Shown piece after piece: positions 32,825-42,095 of a stretch of DNA of 64,000 nucleotides (positions are counted from its first letter, which is position 1; each line of letters begins with the position of its first letter). The position numbers were made by a program, and so were the translations under genes. Under the pieces are notes generated by a model. It saw only the letters and a list, made by a program, of their open reading frames with translations, did not search any database and was not told the DNA's origin. The DNA comes from an uncultured Bacillota bacterium (lineage in GTDB: Bacteria; Bacillota; DTU025; MWDF01): assembly GCA_963823655.1 (NCBI GenBank), contig CAWGMK010000004.1, positions 1 through 64,000 of the forward strand, given 5' to 3'.

Positions 32825-33493
32825 CTACTTGAACCTCTCTCCGCATTCGCTGCAGAAACGGGCTCCCGGCTGCGTCTTAGCTCCGCAGGCGGGGCATGTG
32901 TCCATCACGGCGCGCGCTCCGCAGTTGCTGCAGAACTTGCCTTGCGTAACAGGCTTGCCGCATTCGGGGCAGACAATCGCTTTGGATTCGATCTTGCCCT
33001 CGAACACCTTGGTATCCTGAGCCTTCTCCTCGATATCCTGCACCATCTTCCTGGATTTGGCAGCAGCCACCTCTATATTTAGCCTGGGGGCGCACTCGGT
33101 GCACAGGCCTTCTTCCTCGTTGAAATCTGATTTGCACACCCAGCTGCGGCACCTCTGGCAGCGCTGGAAGTGGCCCTTGGCCTCGTTCATCGCGATTTCG
33201 AAGGCGCTTTCGTGCTCTTTCTGCCACTCGGGCGACATCCCGTGGAAACGCTCCGAGATCACGTCGGCCCCTCTTTCGATGCCCCAGCCCAGATTATGGC
33301 CGCGGCCTAATATGGAGGTTCCGATCGATATGCCGCGCGAAATCCCCCTGAGCATGCTTCCCTTCCTGTAAGTCTGGGATTCCACGAAATTGGTTTTGAA
33401 GCCGTCATTGCACTTGTCGCAGTAGAAGGTGAACTGGAAGCCCGCTTCGGTGCTGTTATCCTCGTAATTCCTTGTGAACGACTGCATAGGCAT
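32825..33493 (-). CDS. Zinc-ribbon (double zinc ribbon) protein
   Basis: Seven CxxC pairs, including C-terminal CPECG…FCSNCG…CPACG…FCSECG. Confidence 0.75.
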   Translation of the reverse strand: MPMQSFTRNYEDNSTEAGFQFTFYCDKCNDGFKTNFVESQTYRKGSMLRGISRGISIGTSILGRGHNLGWGIERGADVISERFHGMSPEWQKEHESAFEIAMNEAKGHFQRCQRCRSWVCKSDFNEEEGLCTECAPRLNIEVAAAKSRKMVQDIEEKAQDTKVFEGKIESKAIVCPECGKPVTQGKFCSNCGARAVMDTCPACGAKTQPGARFCSECGERFK

Positions 33494-33505
33494 GTTTTTA
33501 CCTCC

Positions 33506-33838
33506 TTATCTGACTACCTTGCTTTTGCATTTGATACAAGTGGTTATTGTGTAGAGCTGGGTATTGCCGCACTTCTTATTTGTGCATGTGCCGAGCATCG
33601 ATGCCCCGCATTCAGGACACACTCTCAGGTGCGCTGCTACAGGCTTCGAACATGAGGGGCAACTCGCCTTCAGGTCAAGGCCGCACGAGGGGCACTTCAA
33701 GTAACCCTTCTCCAGCGGGCCCCGGCATTTGGGGCACCTCTGGACGAATGGATCCTCTGCGCCGCAGAACGGGCAGACCCTCGCGTCCCCGGGAACAAGT
33801 TTGTCGCAGTACATGCAGAAGTGCTTATAGACCGCCAT
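33506..33838 (-). CDS. Small multi-zinc-ribbon protein
   Basis: About 110 aa made almost entirely of CxxC knuckles. Confidence 0.75.
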   Translation of the reverse strand: MAVYKHFCMYCDKLVPGDARVCPFCGAEDPFVQRCPKCRGPLEKGYLKCPSCGLDLKASCPSCSKPVAAHLRVCPECGASMLGTCTNKKCGNTQLYTITTCIKCKSKVVR

Positions 33839-33839
33839 T

Positions 33840-35039
33840 TTAAACACCTCCGGAAATCGGAGCGGCTCCTGCTTCGGCCAGAAGCCTATCCACCCATTTT
33901 CCATCCTCCGTATGAGCTATCCTGCCCTTAAACATGCTCCTGACCTTCACAAGCTCCGGCACGTCCTCCAGGGCCTGGAGGTAGCTTTCATTCCCGGGCT
34001 CCTTAAGTTTCTCCTCGCTTAGGTAAATCGGCTCCCTGCGGAATCCGATATTCGTTAGGCACCAGTTTAAATCCTCGACGAAGCCTGCAAAACCCGTTCC
34101 TTCGCACTTGAAGATGTATGCCGCCCTTGCGGCCTGCTCAGATGCCGAAATTGCGTCCATCACGCCCGTTTCGCCGATTTTGGCCAGCACCCATACATAA
34201 TCCCCGTCCAGCTCGCCCATCAGGCCCTTCTTGATGCCGAACGCCAATTCTTCGGCCGAACGGACAAGAGGCGCCAGCTTCGAGGAATTGACGAATCTCA
34301 TCATCGCGTCGGCTAAAGTCGGGGCCTTCTCCCTGAGCTGCCCCAGGACCACGGCCCTTCCATCGCGAAAGACCGCCGAGACCTGTTTGATGTCCGAATC
34401 GGATTCGAGGCCCAGCATCGTGCCCGCCATTTCGGCAAGCTCCTTGGAAAGCTGAGCCATAAGTTCAGGCATACGCCTCAGGAGGTGGTCCTTGCGCCTT
34501 CCCAGCATTGATATCGCAACATCCGGGCCCTTTTGCATCCTTATGTTAACTGCCAGGCCCTCATCGAGTATGTCCCTGACATAGGTATAAGGCAGCCTTT
34601 TCACTTTGCCGCTTCTTGAATCGGTTATAGAGGCATGGGTTGCATAAAGCCTCAACGTGCCGGGCCTTCTGCCCCTTCTAGCAAGGTCATACTCTATCTC
34701 TTCGAACGATTCCTGATGCTTCTCCAGTATGACGCTGTCTGAAAGCTTCCCCTTCTTGTACCACAGCCCTATCGTCTCAGCGGCCTTGTCGAACCTCCTG
34801 CCGAACTTGGACAGCCTGATCTGAGCCGAATTCGTAGAAAGCTTAATATCGCTATCGCCTGTTTCGAGCTTGCTTACCTTCCTTGCCGTCAACAGGATTT
34901 CCTTATCCGAGCCCCTTCTTATGGAAAGCAAATCTCCAGCCACCGTCACGATCGCAGCCTCGCTGCCCCCGCCGTCAAGTTCGCAGGCGCACTCGAAAAC
35001 CTCTTCAACCTTGCCCGCCGCAGCCGTTTTCTTATCCAT
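33840..35039 (-). CDS. Hypothetical protein (399 aa)
   Basis: Long ORF with GGAGG RBS, coupled to the zinc-ribbon genes. Confidence 0.7.
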   Translation of the reverse strand: MDKKTAAAGKVEEVFECACELDGGGSEAAIVTVAGDLLSIRRGSDKEILLTARKVSKLETGDSDIKLSTNSAQIRLSKFGRRFDKAAETIGLWYKKGKLSDSVILEKHQESFEEIEYDLARRGRRPGTLRLYATHASITDSRSGKVKRLPYTYVRDILDEGLAVNIRMQKGPDVAISMLGRRKDHLLRRMPELMAQLSKELAEMAGTMLGLESDSDIKQVSAVFRDGRAVVLGQLREKAPTLADAMMRFVNSSKLAPLVRSAEELAFGIKKGLMGELDGDYVWVLAKIGETGVMDAISASEQAARAAYIFKCEGTGFAGFVEDLNWCLTNIGFRREPIYLSEEKLKEPGNESYLQALEDVPELVKVRSMFKGRIAHTEDGKWVDRLLAEAGAAPISGGV

Positions 35040-35215
35040 GTCGCCCTCCTATCTACCTAGATTTTAATTCTACTGACGACAATGAAACTCCTGCTATTGT
35101 GAAGTTAATTACTATTAGTTAATGTATTATTTTTAATACAATGCCGCGTAAGTATTTAAAAATATTATGCATTTCTGTTATTATCTCATTTGTGGAATTA
35201 AAAGGAGGATACCAA

Positions 35216-35647
35216 ATGCAGTCTACCGATTCACAGCAGATCATAGGTCTAATCATGAGATTGTCCGATAAGATCGAGAAGTCCTATGTCAAGAAGGCCC
35301 TGGACAAGAACATGGGAGACCTGACCCTCGGAGAGGCCCGGACCATTGACGCAATAAGCGATGACGGCTTCAAGACGATGAAGCAGATAGCCAAGTCGAT
35401 TTCGGTTGCCCCCAATGCGGCAACTGCGGTCGTCGACAGGCTTGTTGCCAAGGGCATTGCCGAGCGCAAGCCCGGCGAGACGGACAGAAGGCTTTGCCTT
35501 GTGAAGTTGACCCCCAAGGGAACTGACGTCCTCAAGAAGATCAACGTTACGATGAAGGCCGAAACGAAGGACTTCTTCCATTACCTGAGCGAAGAAGAGG
35601 CCAACTCCTTCTATCTTACGCTCGAGAAGATTCACGAGAACATCTAG
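35216..35647 (+). CDS. MarR-family transcriptional regulator
   Basis: TMKQIA…ATAVVDRLVAKG…DRRLCLVKLTPKG; AGGAGG RBS. Confidence 0.9.
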   Translation: MQSTDSQQIIGLIMRLSDKIEKSYVKKALDKNMGDLTLGEARTIDAISDDGFKTMKQIAKSISVAPNAATAVVDRLVAKGIAERKPGETDRRLCLVKLTPKGTDVLKKINVTMKAETKDFFHYLSEEEANSFYLTLEKIHENI

Positions 35648-35676
35648 CTCGCGATAGGCCGACTAGACAGCAAGGG

Positions 35677-35710
35677 CGAACCCGTGGTTTTCCACGGGTT
35701 CGTCTTTTTC
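35677..35710 (+). terminator. Intrinsic terminator
   Basis: CGAACCCGTGG-TTTT-CCACGGGTTCG followed by a T run. Confidence 0.8.
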
Positions 35711-35775
35711 ATTTTTGATTGTCCTCTTCACCGACTGTCTGTCAAGGCTTAGTGCCGGCGAAGCAAAGGCATGTA

Positions 35776-36453
35776 CTAGGGCGTCGGAAGAGGCATCGGT
35801 GACATGCTGCCCTTATAGGTTACCTCAATGCTTTCAAAAGTAGGCCCGTAGCCATAATCGATGCCCTCATCGTTGCGGGCTACCAGGTTGGGGCCCAGCC
35901 AGTCGGCATCATTGAATTGCAGGTCATAATCTGCGAACTCCACGTCATTCATGGAAAGCGTAATGTTCTTCCCGACCTTCTTCAGGACGTAGGTGTTATA
36001 GCCGTCCCTGTTCAGCCCGGGCACCGGTTCGTTGTGGGAAGTCCAATAGGTGGAACCGCTGTCATTATGGTCTCCGATATCGTAGTACTCCTCGTTATCG
36101 CCGATATTGTACATGTCCACATGAACGTCGCTTTCAGTAGTACCCCACCAGGTGCCGTCGCCAAGTCCCAGCCCTAGCCAGTAGTCGTGATCCTCGTCGG
36201 CATTGAGCCAGAAATTGACCGTCACCGTAAAGTCACCGGAGAATCTGAACGGGCAAGCCAGATTCGCATCCTGGATATTGACACCGTCTTCGTTAAATTG
36301 GTAACCGGCTTCTTCAGGGAACCAAGTGCCCTCGGCATTCGACAGGCCTTGCTCATCTGCAAAGCTGAAGAAGTAGACCTTCTCACCGCAGCCGGCAAGG
36401 GACAGGGCGAATACGAACACAAATATCGCTATACATAGCCTGAATGGCTTCAT
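35776..36453 (-). CDS. Acidic lipoprotein, probably beta-sandwich
   Basis: LAGC lipobox, D/E/aromatic-rich; similar to next gene. Confidence 0.7.
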   Translation of the reverse strand: MKPFRLCIAIFVFVFALSLAGCGEKVYFFSFADEQGLSNAEGTWFPEEAGYQFNEDGVNIQDANLACPFRFSGDFTVTVNFWLNADEDHDYWLGLGLGDGTWWGTTESDVHVDMYNIGDNEEYYDIGDHNDSGSTYWTSHNEPVPGLNRDGYNTYVLKKVGKNITLSMNDVEFADYDLQFNDADWLGPNLVARNDEGIDYGYGPTFESIEVTYKGSMSPMPLPTP

Positions 36454-36532
36454 GCTTACGCCTCCTTCCAAAACATCAGACTCCATTGCGGTTACAGGAT
36501 ATCCATATGCGAAATCGCAGGGATCGCTCCGT

Positions 36533-37195
36533 TCAGATTATGCGGATGGGGAATTCCTCGGAGATGCCCCCGTCGTGTTTGATAACGACTTCCAATATGG
36601 ATATCTCGCCGCCGTTTTCGCCCGTCCATATCGAGAAGAAGTTCTCGGTCCCATCGTAATAGCTGGCGTCAAACGACCTTAGTTTCCTCCCGTTCAAAGA
36701 TAGCGTATATGTGTTTCCATTTTTCTCAAGTACCATATTGTTCTCACCGTCGTATTCAATGCCGCTAATAGGTCCATATAGCTGCCAGAATGCGTCATCT
36801 TCCTCTGTGAATTCGCCGAAATCCCAGCCTTCGCTCCAGTCAGCGTCGCCAAGGCACCAAAAATCCGCCTCTATCTTGTGGTTTTCGCTCCAAAGCACAT
36901 CGTCTTCAATAGCGATGATCAACCTGGCATGACTGTCCAAATCAACATCAAGGTTGAACCTTACATTAACGCTGAAATCCCCTGTGAAATTGACTGGCGT
37001 CGTTATTGCAACGTGCGACATGCTCAGCCCGTATTCGTCCAAATCGTAAACACCGTCGGAATCGTCATAATACCAGTCGCTAATATCGGCTGAAGGATCC
37101 GTGAAATCATAAGACCAGGTCTTGTTCAGGCAGCCAGTCCCAAAGGCCGCCAGTAGGATCAGGAACGAAATTGCCATGATCCTTGATAATCTCAT
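36533..37195 (-). CDS. Acidic lipoprotein, paralog of previous
   Basis: GTGC lipobox; shared P..F.GDF.V.V.F.L and L.K.G…LS.N motifs. Confidence 0.7.
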   Translation of the reverse strand: MRLSRIMAISFLILLAAFGTGCLNKTWSYDFTDPSADISDWYYDDSDGVYDLDEYGLSMSHVAITTPVNFTGDFSVNVRFNLDVDLDSHARLIIAIEDDVLWSENHKIEADFWCLGDADWSEGWDFGEFTEEDDAFWQLYGPISGIEYDGENNMVLEKNGNTYTLSLNGRKLRSFDASYYDGTENFFSIWTGENGGEISILEVVIKHDGGISEEFPIRII

Positions 37196-37445
37196 GCTTA
37201 TACCTCCTTTTTCCTGTTGTTCACTTAATGTATTTGACGTTATGTTTGTGACTCCTTGTACTAATAAAAAATACTCCCAGCTAATAGTCATATAGATCCA
37301 TACGTGCTACAATACTGCCACTTATTGCCCCGGTTCAAGTTTTGCCTTACTGGAGCCATCCCCGCAAACTAAGGGGGCCAGTGGATAGACAGAATATTTG
37401 GGATGCAAAAGAAAAGGCCCCGCTTTCTAAGCGAGGCCTCATATT

Positions 37446-37530
37446 TGGTGCGGGAAGTGGGACTTGAACCCACACGGAGTAACCCATACGCCCCTCAAAC
37501 GTACGCGTCTGCCAGTTCCGCCATTCCCGC
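37446..37530 (-). tRNA. tRNA-Leu(GAG)
   Basis: 85-nt class II cloverleaf GCGGGAATGGCGGAACTGG…TTGAGGG…TTCAAG…CCCGCACCA. Confidence 0.95.
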
Positions 37531-37586
37531 AATATCGACTGCGAAAAAGATTATCCTATAATATCGGTCTTGCTGTCAATATGCGC

Positions 37587-38573
37587 TCAGGCTTTATCCG
37601 GTTTCCTAAGATGGCATGCGCAGAAGTGCGCGCCGCCGAGGTCTATGAAAGCCGGCTCCTCCACTTTGCAGATGTCCATCGCATAACGGCACCTGGTGTG
37701 GAACCTGCAGCCGGACGGAGGGGATATCGGCGATGGCACGTCCCCTTCAAGTATGATGCGGTTCTTCGTGTAATCGGGATCCGGTACCGGTATCGCCGAC
37801 AGAAGCGCTTCGGTATAGGGGTGCATCGGTGTTGCGAACAGCGCGTCCTTGGAGCACATCTCTACGATCTTGCCCAGGTACATGACCGCTATCCTGTTGG
37901 AAATGTGTTTTACGACAGAGAGGTCATGGGCTATGAACAGGTAGGTAAGCCCCATCTTCCTCTGCAGGTCCTGCAGAAGGTTAATAACCTGTGCCTGTAT
38001 GGACACGTCAAGTGCTGAAACCGGCTCGTCGCAGATAATCATCTGCGGATCCACCGCAAGCGCTCTTGCCACGCCGATCCTCTGCCTCTGGCCGCCTGAG
38101 AATTCGTGTGGATAGCGCCTGGCATGTGTCGCATTGAGGCCGACGGTCTCAAGCAGGTCTACGACCTTATCTTCCCTTGCCTTGCCGCTAGCCAGATTGT
38201 GGACGATGAGAGGCTCTGCGATTATCTCACCGACTTGCATCCTGGGGTTCAGCGACGCGTAAGGGTCCTGGAACACCATCTGGAGGTTGCGCCTGATTTC
38301 CCTCATGCGCTCGCGCGACATGTCGAATATGCTCTCGCCGTTGAACTCGGCTCTGCCTGACGTCGGCTCCTCAAGCCTGATGATGACTTTGCCGGTCGTG
38401 GACTTGCCGCATCCGGATTCGCCAACTAAGCCCAGCGTCTCGCCCTTATTTACGTAGAAGGATATGCCGTCGACCGCGCGCACGGCGGCAACCTGCTTCT
38501 TTCTTAGTATCCCCCTGGTTATGGGGAAATGCTTGACCAGGTTATCTACCTTGAGTAGAGGTGTAGTAGACAT
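37587..38573 (-). CDS. Oligo/dipeptide ABC transporter ATPase (OppF/DppF type)
   Basis: GESGCGKST, FSGGQRQR, DEPVSALD, C-terminal Cys motif. Confidence 0.93.
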   Translation of the reverse strand: MSTTPLLKVDNLVKHFPITRGILRKKQVAAVRAVDGISFYVNKGETLGLVGESGCGKSTTGKVIIRLEEPTSGRAEFNGESIFDMSRERMREIRRNLQMVFQDPYASLNPRMQVGEIIAEPLIVHNLASGKAREDKVVDLLETVGLNATHARRYPHEFSGGQRQRIGVARALAVDPQMIICDEPVSALDVSIQAQVINLLQDLQRKMGLTYLFIAHDLSVVKHISNRIAVMYLGKIVEMCSKDALFATPMHPYTEALLSAIPVPDPDYTKNRIILEGDVPSPISPPSGCRFHTRCRYAMDICKVEEPAFIDLGGAHFCACHLRKPDKA

Positions 38574-38575
38574 AT

Positions 38576-39580
38576 CTAAGCCTCCTTGCCAGCGGGGCTA
38601 GCATCTTTGTAGTCTGTAACCATCCAGCATGCTACTTCGTGGTTCTCCCCGACTTTTACAAGGGGCGGCTGCTTTTGCAAGCAGATGTCCTTGGCATGAT
38701 GGCATCTCGGATTGAACCTGCAGCCTTCAGGCATGCAGAAAGGATTGGGTACGGTCCCCTCGATGACGTTGAGGCGCTCTTTGGTCTCGTTCAGCTTGGG
38801 TATAGAACCCAGAAGGCCTAGGGTGTACGGGTGCGTAGGGTTCTTGTATATGCTCCTTACGGCAGCCTTCTCGACTATCTTGCCGGCATACATGACTATC
38901 ACATCGTCCGCAAGGTCGGCGACCACGCCCAGATCGTGCGTAATCAGCATGATCGAGGCGTTGAAGTCATTCCTGACCTTCTTCATCAGGTCGAGGATCT
39001 GGGCTTGTATGGTAACGTCAAGAGCCGTAGTGGGCTCGTCTGCAATCAGTAGCTTGGAGTTGCATGACAGCGCCATGGCGATCATAACCCTCTGCCTCAT
39101 GCCGCCTGACATCTGGTGCGGATAATCATCTATCCTGCGCTCCGCGGAGGGGATGCCGACCTTTTTAAGCAGGTCGATTGCCTGCTGCCTTGCCTGCTTC
39201 TTCGTGACCTTCTGGTGAAGCAATATCGCCTCGCAGATCTGGTCGCCGATTGTGAACACGGGGTTAAGGCTGGTCATCGGCTCCTGGAATATCATCGAGA
39301 TGTCGTTGCCGCGCACACTGCGCATCTCCTTCTCGCTCTTCTGGAGAAGGTCTGCGCCCTCGAAGACTATCTTGCCGGACACTATCTTGCCGGGAGGGCT
39401 GGCTATCAGCCTCATGACTGAAAGCGACGTAACGCTTTTCCCGCAGCCGGATTCGCCGACTATTCCTATTGTCTTGCCCTTGTCCAATGTGAAGCTTATA
39501 CCGTCTACGGCCTTAACAACCCCGTCTTCAGTATAAAAGTATGTCCTGAGGTCCTGCACCTCAAGAAGTCTTTCTGACAT
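38576..39580 (-). CDS. Oligo/dipeptide ABC transporter ATPase (OppD/DppD type)
   Basis: GESGCGKS, MSGGMRQR, DEPTTALDVTIQAQ. Confidence 0.93.
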   Translation of the reverse strand: MSERLLEVQDLRTYFYTEDGVVKAVDGISFTLDKGKTIGIVGESGCGKSVTSLSVMRLIASPPGKIVSGKIVFEGADLLQKSEKEMRSVRGNDISMIFQEPMTSLNPVFTIGDQICEAILLHQKVTKKQARQQAIDLLKKVGIPSAERRIDDYPHQMSGGMRQRVMIAMALSCNSKLLIADEPTTALDVTIQAQILDLMKKVRNDFNASIMLITHDLGVVADLADDVIVMYAGKIVEKAAVRSIYKNPTHPYTLGLLGSIPKLNETKERLNVIEGTVPNPFCMPEGCRFNPRCHHAKDICLQKQPPLVKVGENHEVACWMVTDYKDASPAGKEA

Positions 39581-39598
39581 GAAACTCCCTCCGAACTG

Positions 39599-40642
39599 CT
39601 AAATAAAGCGTATTAAGGCCGGATTCTCTATCCTGCCCGGGATTCTTCCCCTTTTTGCTATCGCCCTGTCACCGATCTCTTTGATGTCCATGGTCATATC
39701 TATCGGCTTCGCCGCGGAGATATAGCTGCCAACTCCAAAAGAATCGGCTCCCGCTTCGGCAAGCAACCTTATCCGATCCGGGCTTAGCCCTCCGGACACG
39801 AAGATCTTCACATGGTCGAAGCCTTCCTGGTCAAGCCTCGCCCTAACCTCACGCACGAGCCCCGCAGTGACTCCTCCGCGCTCGCCCGGCGTATCGAGCC
39901 TTATGCCCTGAAGCTTCTTTCCGAGCGCCCTTGCCACGTTTAGGGCCTCCTCGGCCTCATCTTTGAATGTATCTACCAAAATCGTCCTCGACTCCGAGGC
40001 GGGCATTATCTCATCGTACTTCTTGGCTACGGATACGGTGTCTCCTGCCACAAGGAAAACCGCGTGAGGGCATGTCCCTTTAGGGGCGAGGCCCATCAAC
40101 TTGGCTCCTAGTATGCAGCTTGCGCCGTCAGCGCCTCCGACTATCGCGGCCCTCTCCATGACAGGGGCCACAGCCGGGTGCAGATGCCTCGCCCCGAAGC
40201 TGATGAAAGTCTTATCGCCGGCAGCTTCCCTTATAACGCGGGCGGCGGTCGCCCATGCGCTGGAGCTTGCAAGCATTCCGAGAAGGGCCGTCTCATATAT
40301 GCCGAAGTCCGAGTATTTCCCGATTATGCGCATCACGGTATCCTTCGCCTTGAAAGGAGTGCCTTCAGGGATTGCCCAGACCTCTAGGTCCATGCCCTCA
40401 AACAGCGCAAGTACTTCCGGCAGCCCTGCGAAGATGCCGGTTTCACGGGGAAATACCTCGGCTGTGACAGGAGTGTCCGCTATGCCCATATCCGTGAGGA
40501 TCTCCTTCGTCTTCACGAAGTAAACGTCCGTAGTAAGGCCGTTCATAATTTCCTCATGGGTAGCGGAAAAAAGCCCTCTGTCTTTTCCCGGGTCGAAATC
40601 ATTGACTTCCTTGAGGGTGGATATGCGCTTTATCGTGGGCAT
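39599..40642 (-). CDS. pncB: Nicotinate phosphoribosyltransferase (short type)
   Basis: TDVYF, FGARH, GTCPH, LVDTF, RLDT, VSGGL, FGVGS. Confidence 0.8.
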   Translation of the reverse strand: MPTIKRISTLKEVNDFDPGKDRGLFSATHEEIMNGLTTDVYFVKTKEILTDMGIADTPVTAEVFPRETGIFAGLPEVLALFEGMDLEVWAIPEGTPFKAKDTVMRIIGKYSDFGIYETALLGMLASSSAWATAARVIREAAGDKTFISFGARHLHPAVAPVMERAAIVGGADGASCILGAKLMGLAPKGTCPHAVFLVAGDTVSVAKKYDEIMPASESRTILVDTFKDEAEEALNVARALGKKLQGIRLDTPGERGGVTAGLVREVRARLDQEGFDHVKIFVSGGLSPDRIRLLAEAGADSFGVGSYISAAKPIDMTMDIKEIGDRAIAKRGRIPGRIENPALIRFI

Positions 40643-40747
40643 ACTTGTTTCCCCCATAGCATTGATGAAGATAAACTATAAAAATTATACACTTTCCCAA
40701 ATACGATTCACAGTAGTTGCTATATAAGATATGCAAGCTTGCATACT

Positions 40748-41333
40748 CTATTCGATCGCGCCATAAGTCTTTGCATACATGTCCCATGCCTTGAGGACTC
40801 GCCTAACGAATTCCCGGGTCTCCTCGAAGGGTATGTCGGACAAATTGTCCGCCTCTCCGGACCAAGTATTGCCTTCGATCCAGCCGTCTACATTCCCCAT
40901 CCCTGCATTGTAGGCGGCAATCGCAGCTGCCGGCTGTTCGTAGTCGTCCAGCAGAGTACGAGATATAGTAGGACCCTATCATGATATTGAAGTCCGAGTC
41001 GAGCAGCATATTGTCGTAGTAGTTGCCGGTGCCAAGCGTTTCGGCAACCCATTTCCCTGTGTCCGGCATAACTTGCATAAGGCCTATGGCGCCGCTTTTA
41101 GACTTGGCAGCCGATCTGAAATTGCTCTCCACTTTAATCAGGGCCATTATCAAGTACGGGTCGATGCCGAAAGCCTCTCCGTATTGCTTGGCCTTGTCCC
41201 AATGAAGCTTAGGGTATGTCAGCCTGTTCGGCAGGTTCGTAAAGAAGAGAGCTGCGATCAGAATGGCCGCAATGACCCTGAAAGCCAGCAGCAGATATAT
41301 AGGTTTTGAGCCTTTTGCGGCTTTTGCCGACAT
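40748..41333 (-). CDS. Lytic transglycosylase, SLT domain (frameshifted)
   Basis: IKVESNF, GAIGLMQ; shifted frame AAYNAG…IPFEETREFV. Confidence 0.88.
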
Positions 41334-41334
41334 T

Positions 41335-41946
41335 TCATTTTCCTCCGGCAATTCTTAAAATCCTGTTTGCCCACATATCCATCTCTGCAGGGTCCCCCCT
41401 GGATATTACATTAACGTCCGCCAGCCTGCTCATCCTGTAGTCGCCGAGCTTGGCCTTCTGGGCCTTTATCCTCGAAAGGGCCTTTTCGGGTTCGATGCCG
41501 TCCCTTTTGGCGATCCTTTCGGCCGATGCCATCTCATCGCAAAATACTGCCACTACAAGGTCACAGAACTCATCCAATCCGGATTCGTACAGCACAGCCG
41601 CGTCGATCACTGCATAGTCCGGACGGCTTTTTGATCTCTCCAGATCCAGGATCATCTGCCTGATCTTCTCCCTGAATGCCGGGTGGACTATGCTGTTCAA
41701 CAGAGCAAGTGACCTGCTATTCGAGAAAACAAGGCTTCCAAGCTTGCCTCTGTCAAGGCTGCCATCGGCATTGAAGTAGGCATCTCCAAAGGCGTCATGC
41801 ACCGATTTCAGCAAAGGACTTCCAGGTTCCATGATACTTGCTGCTATGCTGTCACCGTCAAGAACCGCGGCTCCTTTATTCGCAAGGGCGGCCGATAGTG
41901 TTGACTTGCCAGATCCGCTCCTGCCTGTTATCCCGATTACTTTCAT
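41335..41946 (-). CDS. coaE: Dephospho-CoA kinase
   Basis: IGITGRSGSGKST, LDRGKLGSLVF, LNSIVHP. Confidence 0.93.
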   Translation of the reverse strand: MKVIGITGRSGSGKSTLSAALANKGAAVLDGDSIAASIMEPGSPLLKSVHDAFGDAYFNADGSLDRGKLGSLVFSNSRSLALLNSIVHPAFREKIRQMILDLERSKSRPDYAVIDAAVLYESGLDEFCDLVVAVFCDEMASAERIAKRDGIEPEKALSRIKAQKAKLGDYRMSRLADVNVISRGDPAEMDMWANRILRIAGGK

Positions 41947-42095
41947 GCGAAGCTTCCTTTCGCGCTGAAGTAAATATCATTCTTCCACAGCAGCCCGCCA
42001 TTTGCAAGCGAAGCGCAAATCCGGCAGCTTGACATATGGGGAGCATAAAAAGAAAGAGCCCCCCGAAGGAGGCCCTTTCATATCAGGTTCTAGGA

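Noticed and set aside
37300-37440. Hairpins with GCAAA suggesting a c-di-GMP riboswitch
   Set aside because: The second stem and tetraloop-receptor elements are not found. They are more likely terminator and promoter sequence.
37347-37532. 61-aa [13 protein letters not shown]…
   Set aside because: It is a translation of the tRNA-Leu gene.
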